Notes under the pieces: model-generated | Told to the model about the DNA's origin: nothing | Database searches by the model: none | The model's input: only the letters and a program-made list of their open reading frames with translations | In this document: one piece after another, positions 36,333-49,320 of the stretch | How the letters are laid out: every line of letters begins with the position of its first letter | Numbering within the stretch: position 1 is the first letter of the stretch | Translations under genes and position numbers: made by a program | Origin: Camelus dromedarius | Taxonomy: Eukaryota | Assembly (NCBI RefSeq): GCF_036321535.1 | Contig: NC_087437.1 | Span: forward strand, 74,154,001 to 74,218,000 | Length of the DNA stretch: 64,000 nt | Direction: 5' to 3'

Positions 36333-39300
36333 TAAGGGGTGTGGCCAAGATGGCAGAGTAGGAATATGCTGAACTTAACCTTCTTCCACAGGCACACTAA
36401 AAGCACAACTACTTACAGGGGAAGTATCTATGGGAACAACCTGAAGACTGAAAGAAAAAGATTTTCCACAACTAAAGATATAAAGAAGGAGCCACAGCAA
36501 GATGGCTAGGAGAAACAGAGACAATGGTATAGTAAGCCCCAGAACCAGCAACCCACAAATGGGAGGATGATTACAGTTACAGGGTTTCTCCTCAAGAAGC
36601 AAGGGGTCTGAGTCTCACAGTGGGCTCCCCAGCCTAGTGGGGGAGTCTTACACCAGGGAGATGAGCCCCTAGAATGTCTGGTTTGGAAATCAGCAGGTCT
36701 TATGTTTGAGAGAGCCAGAGTGCTGTAGGAAGCAGAGATTTTGCTCTTAAAGACATGCGCAAAATTTCACACACTCCAAGTCCCAAATGGGAGGCAGTAA
36801 TTTGAAAGAATCTGGGTCAGACCCACTTGCTGATATTGGATAGCCTCCCAGAGAGTCAAGAGGCAACTGTGATTCTGCCTGGGGACAGAGACATTGGCAA
36901 CAGCCAATTTTAAGAGCTTGTTCAATTGGCAGCAGCCAATTTTAAGAACTTGTTTAACCATGTGGACATTGGTATGACAAGTGTCATTTTGGAATCCTCT
37001 CTCTAGTCAATTAGTGCCAGGGGCTTAACCACCCACCAGCAGATTGGCATCAGCTCTGCAGCCCTGTGACCCACAAAGCCAGAAGAACAAATCACTAATC
37101 TGTAAGACAGAGTAGTGGGAATCACCCAAGCCAAAAAAAAAAAAAAAAAAAAAAGACTGAAAAGAAATGTGTATACTTTAAGAGACCTCCAGGACAATAT
37201 CAAACATACTAATTTTCACATTATAGGGATCCAAGAAGGGGAAGATAGAAAGGGGCAGAGAATTTATTTGAAGAAATAAAAGCTAAAAACTTTGCTAATT
37301 TGGAAAATGAAAGAGGCATCCAGGTTTAGGAAGCACAGAGAGTTTCAAACAAAACAAACCCAAAGAGGTCCACACCAATACACATGCTAATTAAAATGAC
37401 AAAAATTACAGATAAAGAGAGAATCTTAAAAACAGCAAGAGAAAACAACAGTTACATATAAGGGGACTCATATAAGACAACCAGCTGACTTTTCAGCAAA
37501 AAATTTTCAGGCCAGAAGGGAGTGGCAATATATATTCAAAGTAATTAAAGGAAATAACTTACAATCAAGAGTACTCTACTAGGCAAGGTTATCATTCAGA
37601 TTTGAAGGAGAGATAAAGAGTTGTATAGATAAGCAAAAGGTAAAAATCAATCAATCACTAAAGAAATTAAAAAGGAAATAAAAATACTTGAAGACAAATA
37701 AAAATGGAAACACAACTATCGAAAATCTATGGGCTATAACAAAAGCAGTTATAAGAGGGAAATTTGTAGCAACACAAGCTCTCATGAACAAGAAAAATCT
37801 CACCTTACATCTAAAGGAATCAAGAAAAGGAAGGTCTAACCTTACACCTGCAATAACCAGACAAAGAAGAATAAACACAAAAAAGTTAGTAGGAAAAAGA
37901 ATAATAAAAATATAGAATGGAAATAAATAAAATAGAGCTAAAAACAATAATAAAGATAAATGAAACTAAGAACTGATTCTTTGAAAAGATAAATAAAATT
38001 GACAAAACTTTAGCCAGACTCATCAATAAAAAAAGAAGACATATAAATAAAATCAGAAATGAAAAAAGAGAAGTTATAAACAACACTACAGAAATATGAA
38101 GGCTCATAAGGGACAATTACAAACAATTATATGCCAATAAAATGGACAACCTCAAAAAAAAAAAATGGATGAATTCCTAGAAACATACACCCTCCCAAGA
38201 CTGAATCCGAAAGAAATAGAAAATATGAACAGACAAATTACCAGTGATAAAACTGAATCAGTAACACTCTCCGAACCAACAAAAGTCTAGGATCAGACAG
38301 CTTCACAGGTGAATTCTACCAAACATTTGAAGAGTTAATGCCTATCCTTCTCAAAGTCTTCCAAAAAGCTTAAGAGGAAGCAATGCTTCTAAACCCATCC
38401 TATGATGCCAGCATCACCCTGATTCCAAAATCAGACAAAGAGACAACAAAAAAAGAAAATTACAGGACAATATTCCTGATGAACACATATACAAGGAACC
38501 TCAACATAATACTAGTAAATTAAATTCAACAATACATTAAAAAGATCACAACCATGACTGAGTGGGATTTACCTCAGGAGTGCAAGGATGGATCAAGAAC
38601 TGAAAGTCAGTCAACATGGTACACCACATTAACAAATGCAAAAATGAAAATTATGTGATTATCTCAATAGATGCAGAAAAAGCTTTAAATGAAATTCAAC
38701 ATCTATTTATGATAAAAATATTCAACAAAAGGGTATAGAGGGAACACACCTCAATATAATAAAGGCCATGTAATGACAAACCCATATCTTACATCATACT
38801 TAATGGTGAAAAGCTGAACACATTTTCTCTAAGATCAGGAACAAGACAAGATTGCCCAGCCTCACCACTTCTATTCAGTATGGTATCAGATGTCTTAGCT
38901 GCATCAATCAGGAAACAAAAAGAAATAAAAGGCATTCAGATTGGAAAGAAAGAAATAGAAATGCCACTGTTTGAAGATGACATGATGCTATACAAATGAA
39001 ATGCTAAAGATACCACCAAAAAACCATTAGAACTAATAAATAAATTCAGTAAAGCTGTAGGATACAAAAGTAATATCCGGAAATCTATTGCTTTTCTATA
39101 CATTAATAATAAACTACCAGAAAAAGAAATTAAGAAAACAATCCCATTTACAATTGCATTTAAAAGAATAAAATACCTAGGAATAAATTTGAGTAGGTAA
39201 AAGACTTGCACTCTGAAAACTATAAGCCATTGATAAATGAAATTGAAGTAATACAAACAAATACAAAGATACACAGTGTTCATTGGTTGGAAGAATCAAA

Positions 39301-40527
39301 ATTGTTAAAATGACTACACTGCCCAAGATAATCTACAGATGCAATGTAATCTCTATCAAAGTACTAATGGCATTTTTCAAGAACTAAAATAAATAAATCT
39401 AAACTTGTATGGAAATGCAAAATACTTTGAATATCCAAAAGAATCTTGAAAAAGAGGAACAAAGCTGGAGGTATCACACGCCCTAACTTCAAACTATACT
39501 ACAATGCTACAGTAATCAAAACAGTATGGAACTGGCACCAAAAAGTCACATACATATCAATGGAACAGAAAAGAGAGCCCAAAAATAAGCCCACACTTGT
39601 ATGGACAATTAAACTATGACAAAGGAGATAAGAATATATAATGGGGAAAAGACAGCCACTTCAATAAACAGTATTGGGAAAACTGGATTATTACACGCAA
39701 AAGACTCAAACTGGACTACTTTCTCACACCATATATAAAAACAAAGTCAAAATGGATTAAAGACCTAAATGTAAGACCTGAAACCATAAAACTCCTAGAA
39801 GAATATAAAGACTGTCTGCTCTCAGACTTCAGCCTAAGCAATATTTATTTGGATGTGTCTCCGCAGTCAAGGGAAACAGAAGAAAAATAAACAAACTGAG
39901 CTACATTAAACTAAAAAGCTTTTGTACAGAAAAGGACATTATCAACAAAGGAAAAGACCATCTAGAGAGCACGAAAAGATATTTGCAAATAACATATCTG
40001 ATAAGGGGTCAATGCCAAAATATACAAAGAACTCATACAACCCAATATCAAAAAAACAAACAACCTACTTAAAAATGGGCAGAGAATCTCAGTAGACATT
40101 ATTCCAAAGACGACGTACAGATGCCCAACAGGCACATGAAAAGATGCTCAGCATCACTAATTACCAGGGATATGCAAGTCACAACCACAATGAGATATCA
40201 CTTGCCTTCTCTCAGAATGGCTGTAGTCAAAAAGACAATAAATAACAAGTGATGGTGAGGATGTGGAGAAAAGGAAACACTCTTGCACTGTTGGTGGGAT
40301 TTTAATTTGGTGTAGCCACTATGGCAACAGTATGGAGTTTTCTCAAAAAATTAAAAGCAGAACTACTTTATGATCCATAAATCTCACTTCTGGGTATTTA
40401 CCTGAAGAAAACAAAAGCATTGATTTGAAAAGATATCTGTTCTTTGCAGCATTATTTACAATAGGTGGGATATGAAAGCAACCTACATATCTACAGATAA
40501 GATGAGTGGAAAAGATGTGGTTATGTG

Positions 40528-40567
<40 letters not shown>

Positions 40568-41042
40568 GAAATGTTACTCAGCCATAAAGAAATGCAGCTT
40601 TGCCATTTGCAACAGCTTTGACAGACCTAGAGAGTGTTATGCTAAATGAAATGTCAGAGAAAGACAATATTATATGATCTCAATTATATGTGGAATCTAA
40701 AAAATGAAACAAACAAATGAATAAAACAAAATGAAAACAGTCTTACAGATACAGAGAACAAACAAGTGGTTGCCAGAGTAAAGGTTATGGGGGTGGGTGA
40801 AATTAGGCGAAGCAAATTAATAGGAACAAACCTCTAGTTATAAAATGAGTAAGTTATGGGGATGTAATATATAGCATAAGAAATATGGCCAAGAATAATG
40901 TAATAACTTTGTAAGGGGACAGATGGTTACTAGACTTACCATGGTGATCATTTCATAATGTATGAGAAGGTCAAATCATGATATATTATATATGAAATTA
41001 ACATAATATTGTACTTCAACTATAGTTCAATCATTTTTTTTT
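36333..41042 (+). mobile_element. L1 with intact 5' and 3' ends and two internal deletions (~4.7 kb), decayed
   Basis: 5' end ggggtgtggccaagatggcagagtagg; ORF1 middle/C-terminal region ~37080-37640; ORF2 resumes past the endonuclease domain at ~37650; RT motif LFEDDM (FADD to FEDD) at 38967-38984; 3' UTR to ~41030; TSD core aaataccataga at 36316-36327 and 41043-41054. Confidence 0.93.
40530..40565. repeat. (CA)n microsatellite inside the L1
   Basis: Uninterrupted run of about 17 AC units. Confidence 0.95.
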
Positions 41043-42186
41043 AAATACCATAGATGGATGGATTAAGCAACAACCATTTATTTCTGACAGTTCTGGAGAC
41101 TGGCAAGTCGAAGATCAAGGTGCCAGTAGATTCAGTGTCTCGTGAGGGCCGCCCCGTTCTTGGTTCACAGACAGCCATCTCACTCTAACCTCGCAGACTG
41201 CAAGGAGTAAGGGAGCTCTCTGAGGTCTCTCCTATTAAGGGCACTAATCTCATTCATAAAGGAGCTAATCACTTCCCAAAGACCTCACGGCCAAACACCA
41301 TCACAGTGGGGATTAGTTTTCAACATACGAATTTCGAGAAGACACATTCAGCTTAACAGCATTAGGCTTAAATAAGTTAAACTTTCTAAATATCAGTTTT
41401 CTGATTCTTTACTGGTGATAATTTTACACCTATCTCATAGAATATGAGTTTTAAATATTATACAATATAATTAAAGCATGGTTATGATGTGATATGTATA
41501 ACATAATACCGTATGATATACATAGCGTATCATATAATATGTAAAATAGTTCTTTACAAGTAATAAATGACATAATAAAGTGCCTTTTATATGGAAAGAA
41601 ATTAATACCTAATTGTGCAGTTTGTCATTTTATCAAAATATCCTGAAAATAATGTATTAATTCTTTAATATATACTATTGTTATTAGTATTTTATCACTG
41701 TGGGTTTTACAGCTTTACTTATATCCTTGGAAAAACCTTAAAGATACTTGGTCCAATCTCCCATTTCTACTGTATGACTACTGATGGGGTTTTACTCAGA
41801 CCTGACACTATCAATATTAGCAGCCCACAAAGAAATCAATTAGTTCATCTGTTAATCCTTTTTTTTTTTTTCTGCTTTACAACAAAAAACATTCTCACAT
41901 GAACCTCTCATATCATCTTGGGTTGGCTGAATCCGAAAGAGATACTTTACCCAAGATAGGAATAATTATATTCCTTCTATGCAGAATGTGGAATGACCTG
42001 GAGCAACTCGACCAATCTCCACTGATTGCTTTACCTGAGAAGCCCTGGGGAGCTGGATGTGAGGCAGTATACTCATACTAAAGCAGAAAGAACTAACCTG
42101 GGAGAGAGAGAGGGGAGCAGGGAAGGAGGGAAAGACGGGGAGAGAGGAAGAGAGAGAGAAGCTGTGTTGACAGGTGTAAACTGGGT

Positions 42187-42570
42187 TGTAGAGGAGTGGA
42201 AAAACTTCTCCCTTCTTCCCTTCTAGGCTCCTTGGCTGGCCTAACAATTACATTGACTTAAGACAGATTAACAGAAGAAAAACAAATTTAATATATTACT
42301 ACAGGAGCTCCATAAAAAATATGAGATTTAAAGAGGTGACCAAAGCAGGCAGCTTTTATACCTTTTAGACAAGGAAGCAATACATTTGTGAAGAAGTGAC
42401 CAGACAAAGGGCTTTGGGGCATTAAATTAGTGAAAAAGTAGTAAGGTTTGTCTACACAGCTTTCTGCACTCTAAATTCCCTATCTCTGGTGATAAGGATG
42501 CCTCCTACTGGCCTTTCACATGGGAGATTTATCCTGCTCTCAGAAGGACAAAAGAGGGTCAGAATGTCCC
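42187..42570 (-). mobile_element. ERV1-class LTR fragment (MER39/MER34-like)
   Basis: tgtagaggagtggaaaaacttctccc...cccttctaggctccttggctgg...aagacagattaacagaagaaaaacaaatttaat...cagcttttataccttttagacaagg, typical of an antisense ERV1 LTR. Subfamily uncertain. Confidence 0.6.
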
Positions 42571-44559
42571 TACGTTACTTGCTAAATGAAAGAAATCTGA
42601 GGAGGATTTTCACTTTTACCAAAAAAAAGGTGAAAAGCACACTGAGTGTTCTGCATGTTTTGCAGTGAGCTGTTACAGAGGCAGCAAGAGTGGCCCTGCC
42701 ACAAGCTTCTTTCCCAGGAACTACACTCAGCATCTCAGCATCGAGCCGCCATTGCTTTGAATTGTGTCTGTGAGCACCTGTGCTTTATCTCGTTCTATTT
42801 TGTGCATGCGTTAGAAAGATGTGTCTTTCTTCCCATTCGCTTTATGCCATATCGGCTTACGAAAGGTTTCATAGGAACACCTTACTTTCGGATAGTTGAT
42901 AGGGAAATCTGTATAGCCTCATAGGGGATTCTGTGGAAGCTGGGATCAATTAAGAATAATTTGAGGCTTTAGGTGAGCTGACTGATCTACTTTGTGGCTC
43001 ATCAGAACCCTCCTTCCCCAATCCTCACTTACCCCAAGGAAGCAACAAGATGACTGAGAAAGGATTTCAACATTATCATTTCTCTGGAAGCTAAAACCCG
43101 TTGCTGCAATTTTCCAGGAGCCTTTTTGCAACAACGTCACATGAAATTGAGGGTTAAATCGATACCTATACTATCTATTTGACACCATCAATATATCAGG
43201 TCAAGATAACTTCAGTAAGGTCTCAGAAAAAACAGTGATCCTCTCATGGGAGTGTAATAGGCAGCCTACTAGAGCAGAAACCTTACTAAGATGGTGTCTG
43301 GGCGTTAGGTGGGCTGCTTCCCTTATTTATCTACAATAAAGTATCAAAATCTTGACTTTTAATAGTAGGTTCCTTCCATCCAGTTTATCTGTAATTCTTT
43401 GGCTTATGGCTCCTGAACAGAACATTTTTCTTGCCTTTATGATGACTCACACTCTGCTTATTTCTACTGAAAATACGCAGCCAACACTAGATTCTCTATA
43501 GTGGAATGGTTATGATAGGGATTTCTAGTTCTCTCTCACTAATGATCTGCCTTGGTTCTATTTTTTATCATCTTTTTTTCCTATATCTCATACATTCTTA
43601 TCACAGACTCTCTGCCTTAGGATGAGTTATTATTTGCTTGGGGGGCTCTTGTTCAATTTTTATACCATTCCAAAATTTGGTTTCACTACTGACGTTATTA
43701 ATTGATTTATACAGATGTTTGTTATTTTGCAATAAAAGTGTAAGACAGCTACTATAATTAGTACCTTTGGATGGCCTTTATGTTAATTTCTAGGTGCTCT
43801 ATTGTATGTCTGGGTTAAGTATATTGTGATTATGAGGGGATAGTAATGCTAGAGTTAAAACCTTTTTCAACAAGATGATCATTTCCTGATTAGGGTTTCA
43901 AATGAATATCAATTTTCCTTTGAGAAGAAACATTCCTGAAGCAAGATCTGCTTTGCCTGTAGCAGTACAGGGGACATTTGCGTTTAATTACATCACAACC
44001 AATATCATTTGGTCTACTTAAGCATCTGGCAGAGAAATATTTTTTCTTAAGTCTATGCATTACGGATTTTTTTAACTTTAGCTTGGGATACAGTGTCAGA
44101 AATATAGTAAAAACTCAATAAGTCCTTGTGCATTTCAACTGAATTGTTTAGTTACAAAACACATTTAATCTATACATCTTTTCAGTCTCTTTATTCCTAC
44201 ATATAAAAAAAATAATTGACTAAGAATAATAATATTCCAAGACTTGACAGACTTTCTGGTGTGTGACTCAAAGGCCTATGTAACAAATAGGGTGTCATGA
44301 GGCAGTACATTATTTTTGTAGTGGGAACATATCAGCATCCAAGATTAAAGTACTACAAAATTTCCAATGCTAGAAAAATCTGAGTAAGTAAGGTTGTGGT
44401 GATAGAAAATTAGAAGAGGCAATTGTGATGTCTTCTGATGTGTATTTTGTTCAAAAGCAATGTTTATCAGCCAAGGAAAGTCTTAAATTAAGGTTTTCAT
44501 ATCTGAAAAGACATTATGTACTGAAATCTATTTTCAGATGCATAAAATACAGTAATACA

Positions 44560-44814
44560 CAATGATATTATTCGTGGATTTGTATTTAGTTTGCTCTAAT
44601 GTCACTACCTCTGAGAAGATTTCACCTTTCCCTTAACTGGACATTTCCTCCTTTGTACCTACTCTTTTAATCCATCATTATTTGTTGATCAGAATGTGTT
44701 AAAATTATGCTTAACATGTTTTTCTAGCCTTTTGAAACTATGAGCTTTTCAAAGACAAGGGGCCATGATTTATTTCTTTTTATTCTTAATACACAGCATA
44801 ACATGTTCTCAATA
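44560..44814 (+). mobile_element. L2 3' end remnant
   Basis: aatgtcactacctctgagaag...aactatgagcttttcaaagacaaggggccatg...cacagcataacatgttctcaata. Confidence 0.55.
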
Positions 44815-45945
44815 CAAAACAAAACCAAAAATGAACAAATTGGATTACATCAAATTAAAAAGCTTCTTCACAGCAAAGAAAACCATCAATAAAATAAAAA
44901 GACAGCCTAGCAAATGGGAGATATTTGCAAATTATATTTCTGATAAGGGGTTAATAACCAAAATATAAAAAGAATTCATACAACTCAACAACAACAACAA
45001 CAACAACAAAATCCAATTTAAAAATGGGCAGATTACCTGAACAGACATTTTTCCAAAGAAGACATACATTTTTCCAAAGAAGATGACTAACAGACATATG
45101 AAAAGATGCTCAACATCACTAATCATCAGAGAAATGCAAATAAAAACCACAATGAGCTATTACTTCACACCTGTCAGAATGGCTATCATCAAAAAGACAA
45201 TAAATAACAAGCGCTGGTGAGGATTTGGAGAAAAGGGAACTCCAGTACTGTTGGTGGAAATGTAAATTGGTTCAGCCACTCTAAAAGACAGTATGAAGAT
45301 TCTTCAAAAAAGTAAGAATATAACTACCATATGATCCAGCTTTCACACTTTTAGGTATTTATCCAAATACAAAAACACTAATTTGAAAAGATATGTTCAC
45401 CCCTACATTCATCACAGGATTATTTACAATAACCAAGATATGGAAACAACCTAAGTGCCCATGAAGGGGTGAACAGATAAAGGTGTGGTATATAACATCT
45501 ACATACACAATGGAATACTATTCAGCCATAAAATAAAATGAAGTATTGTCATTTGTGGTAACATGGATGGAACTTGAGGCTATTATGCAAAGTAATATAA
45601 ATTAGGCAGAAAAAGACAAATACCATATGATTTCATTCACATGTGGAATATAAAAAACTAATAAACAACAACAACAACAAAACCAAAATAGATGAACAAA
45701 CCCAACCAAACAAAATCAAATGCAAAGATACAGGGAACAGAGAAGAACAGGTTACCAGAGAAAGAGGGGTTGGGAGAGGGTGAAATGGATAAAGGGGATC
45801 AACTGTGTGGTGACGAATGGAAACTAAAGTTTTGGTAGTGAGAATGCTGTAGTGTATACAGAAGTATAAATATAATGCTATACATGAAACATATAATGTT
45901 ATAAATCAACGTAATCTCAATGAAAATAATTAATTTTTTAAAAAG
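44815..45945 (+). mobile_element. L1 5'-truncated copy (ORF2 C-terminus and 3' UTR)
   Basis: ggattacatcaaattaaaaagcttcttcacagcaaag; aaaagatgctcaacatcactaatcatcagagaaatgcaaa; atggaatactattcagccataaaa; ends gtaatctcaatgaaaataatt plus A-rich tail. Confidence 0.92.
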
Positions 45946-46049
45946 AAAAATAAAATGTATCTAAAAGTTTTACAACATACAATAATAAAATAACATTGTT
46001 TTTGAGGAATAAAATAATTTAGTAGAATGCATATATATGAATTTAGCAT

Positions 46050-47330
46050 ATATAAAAAAGCTATCACAAACCAATCAGAAAATAAAGATTTGTTGAACAA
46101 ATTTTAAAGTTATCTGAGTTATCTGTTGAAAAATCAATTTGAATTTATATTCCCACATCATATAGTTTATATAATATATTCCAAGTATATTTTAAAAGTA
46201 AAGAAAACATTAAGAGCTAGAATTATGTGAGAATATTTGTTTTTTAAATAAAGGAGTTTGTAATCTTTGAAGTTAAGGAAGAAATCATTAAATAAATTGA
46301 TAATCTGACCACATACAAATTTCTAATTTCTGTACAATAAAAACATGAATAAAATGGAAAGGCAAATAACTAACTTGGCAAATTACCTGCAAAAAAATTA
46401 TAAGCAAATTACTGATCACTATAATAGAAAAAGAGAATCTACTAGCTATGTAGCCTCCGCCTGATCTCCTCACCTCATCTCTCTTTAGATTTCTAACACA
46501 TAAAATGGAGATAATTGAGTGTTTATTTTCAAGCCTGTCATTAGGAACATATTAGGTAACTCATGTAAAGCTTTTAAATGGTGTCTGGCATATAGCAAAT
46601 GCTCCATAGAACATACACTGTTGTTGTTATTTCTAGATGAAAATTCTAAGAAAAAACAAGGGACAGAAACATATTGTTTACCCAATAAAATATTTTTAAA
46701 TGGTTAAAAAGACTATAAAATCAATAATTTTAAGATACCACTTTATCACTATAGCAAAGAGGAAAAATACTACTATTCAATGAAGGAATGAATATAATTA
46801 AAGTCACCTCACATACTGCTAGTTATAAGTTTATATGTCTGTCTAGAAAGAAATTTGGCATCATGTATTTAAAATGTTTAAATCATTTGCTTCTTAAATA
46901 AAATAACTCTTTTAGGACTGTATCTTGAAGAAATAGGTATTTGTACAAATATGGATACATACATACATACATACATATATGTGCATGTGTTTACCACAAT
47001 ATTACTTAGTGTTTAAGAACTTTATTGAGGTGTTCAATGTTACTTATAATAGCAAATATTTGGAAATATTTAATGAGTCCAAAAATTGGTGAATGGTTAC
47101 ATAAAGCTAATAGACTATTAGGCAACTATTGGGGGCAAAGATTTTATGGATGTTTTAATGATATGAGGAAATGCTTGCTAGCAATAGTTGTTTTTAAAGT
47201 TGAGCATATTACTGTATGTGCGCATCATAAATAAAGACTGCACATGTCATAAAAACATGCAGAGATGGAGGAATACTTTAAATTATTAACAGTAGCTAAC
47301 TGCATGAGTGTATGTTTTTATTTTTTATTT
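46050..47330 (+). mobile_element. Very old L1 (L1ME-type) remnants, interrupted by a MIR at ~46490-46625
   Basis: gaccacatacaaatttctaatttctgtacaataaaa; ctagaaagaaatttggcatcatgtatt; MIR 3' half taaaatggagataat...catgtaaagcttttaaatggtgtctggcatatagcaaatgctcc. Confidence 0.55.
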
Positions 47331-47439
47331 TACCTTCCTTTTGCTTCCAACCTCATTAGGTAACTGCGACTGCTTATTAAAAAAAACAATCTAGTAAATA
47401 AAAGATTGAGATTGTATTATATAATAGGTAAGAATAAGG

Positions 47440-47660
47440 AAGTGACTTTTGCAGATCTGACTGATTACTGGCACTGGCACTTATACGCTGCATGACTTTA
47501 GCCACATTACTTGACCTCTAAAGCCTCAGTTTTCTCATTTCAAAATAAAGAGTAATACCACAGGTGCTGTGTAAAGACTACAAATGCTCATTATTTAGAG
47601 CTTGGTGAATAGAATGCACTTTAATAATTGTTAGCTACAATTACAACTGTACAATTATTA
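47440..47660 (+). mobile_element. MIR SINE
   Basis: gcactggcacttatacgctgcatgacttt...ttacttgacctctaaagcctcagttttctcatt...cactttaataattgttagcta. Confidence 0.75.
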
Positions 47661-47794
47661 CGGCTATTTTGTAGTCTCCAAAGCAAACACTAAGGCGATC
47701 CATTCATTCCCTTCCTCTTCCAGTATTTCAATGAGCCAGCACACTCATTATGAGCTCCAGGGTGTGGGTAGTGCCCTGGAGGATAGCTGTCAAG

Positions 47795-47961
47795 ATCGCC
47801 ATTTCCAAAATGCATATAGTTTTCACAATTGCCTGGAAACTTGGTAAAAATACAGAAGGCTGCCTCTGTCCTCAACTCATGCTGAGTAAGTATGATTCAT
47901 TTGGTCTAGTACTATATATTTACAAAGTTCGCCAGGTAACTCCATGAGATTAGAACCAGTG
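47795..47961. mobile_element. MER5-like hAT MITE remnant
   Basis: atttccaaaatgc...aattgcctggaaacttggtaaaaatacaga...tttacaaagttcgccaggtaactcc...agaaccagtg. Confidence 0.45.
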
Positions 47962-48361
47962 ATAAAGATTCACCAAACACTGGGTAAAGGTTGCTACTTT
48001 AAAATACAGACCTATTTCAAGTATAATGCAGAATGCTGGACTGTCAAGCTACAAAAATGTGGGCTGGAAGATTTGGATTCCCATAGCATTTAACCTGATG
48101 ATTTTCCTTCAGAGTAGAGGCCAGTGCCAAGGAGTTCTCTGCCCTAGGCATGGTGGCATCAGGTCGCACAAATAATTTATGAAAAATGGATCTATTATTG
48201 AGGCAATTTCTTCCGCAGATTACTGTGGTCCAAAAAGCATGATTATACATGTAACGGAGCCAAGGAGGCTGTGAAGGTGTGGGGTGACAGCGACTGGCAA
48301 GCAGGGGTGGCGAGGGGACAAGGCTGCTTCTTCCTCTGCAACACTCTCTTCCTCTGGGTGT

Positions 48362-48712
48362 TGACAAGGGGTCCAACTTTAAACAAACTTTGTTCAGAGT
48401 CCTCTGAACACTTTTTTCCACTAGGCTTTGGCCTTGGCTCCATCTTTGGTCTGCTAAACCTAATTTTCACTAAGAATCCTGCTAATACAGTTTAGAGACA
48501 CTCCCTCAACCTCAATGTCCAATCAAGTCCCTCTTTCCCCTAACCAAGTTCTTAGTAATTTTCCATCACTTCTTCACTTTGCCCATGAGCATTTATAAAT
48601 TCCCACCCGTCCCCCTTGTTTCAAAGTTGAATTTAACCCCTCTCTCCTTTTGCAACAGTCTTGAATAAAGTCTTTGTTGCCTGTTTTATTCTGTCCTGTA
48701 CAATTTTCAACA
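48362..48712 (+). mobile_element. MER31-like ERV1 solo LTR
   Basis: TG...CA termini; caaactttgttcagagtcctctga...actaggctttggccttggc...aagaatcctgctaa; TATA-like tataaa at ~48594; polyA signal aataaa at ~48665. Confidence 0.75.
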
Positions 48713-49266
48713 ATATCCAGGGTACTACTTTCCAATACAGAATTTTCTCATGTTCTGGCAAATTAAAGGAAGCTTTGTCCATGAGGTTAGTCAGTGCAGC
48801 ATAAGGAGAGGCAAACAGCTTCACTGTTCCTGGAAAGCACCCTGGCTACTGCCTAGGAAAGTCTTCTCTGACAGTGGAGAGTAAAAGTATATTTAATTGT
48901 TGGCACAGGTGAAGTCTGGTGTCCAATGACTATAGTCTAGGAGTTCTGCGTGGCTGAGAATTAAACTCTCACATGTGAGTAACAGTGGGATTTCCTCAAG
49001 TGGCTGCTAGTGGCTGGGATCACTTTAATGCTGACTCTTCCTAGTACTCCGGTAACTTCACATCTGGTCCCTCATACTGGGACCGTCATATCACTGGTCA
49101 CATTCTTTTATTTTCTCCCAATCCCTCCAAATTCAGGATGTCTCTCTACTCCAGCACGAGAATGTTTTCTCTTTTTCCATATAGTCTCTGATGACAACTG
49201 TCTCTGTGCATGAGTGCTTCACTTTTCACTGGGGTCTTAGAATTTTAAATTCAAAAGCAACAGTGC

Positions 49267-49271
<5 letters not shown>

Positions 49272-49314
<43 letters not shown>
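49272..49314. repeat. (CT)n microsatellite
   Basis: About 21 uninterrupted CT units. Confidence 0.95.

Positions 49315-49320
<6 letters not shown>

Larger units (their letters stand above)
36284..41361 (-). mobile_element. MLT1A-type LTR split by an L1 (pieces ~36284-36332 and 41043-41361)
   Basis: ttagctcattcaggctgctataacaaaaataccatagactgg resumes after the L1 as aaataccatagatgg...tttatttctgacagttctggagactggcaagtcgaagatcaaggtgcc...cacattcagcttaacagca. Confidence 0.9.

Noticed and set aside
48044..48495. Three overlapping ORFs including a 125-aa one
   Set aside because: They overlap a MER31-like LTR and a locally GC-richer patch where stop codons are rarer, and show no recognisable domain.
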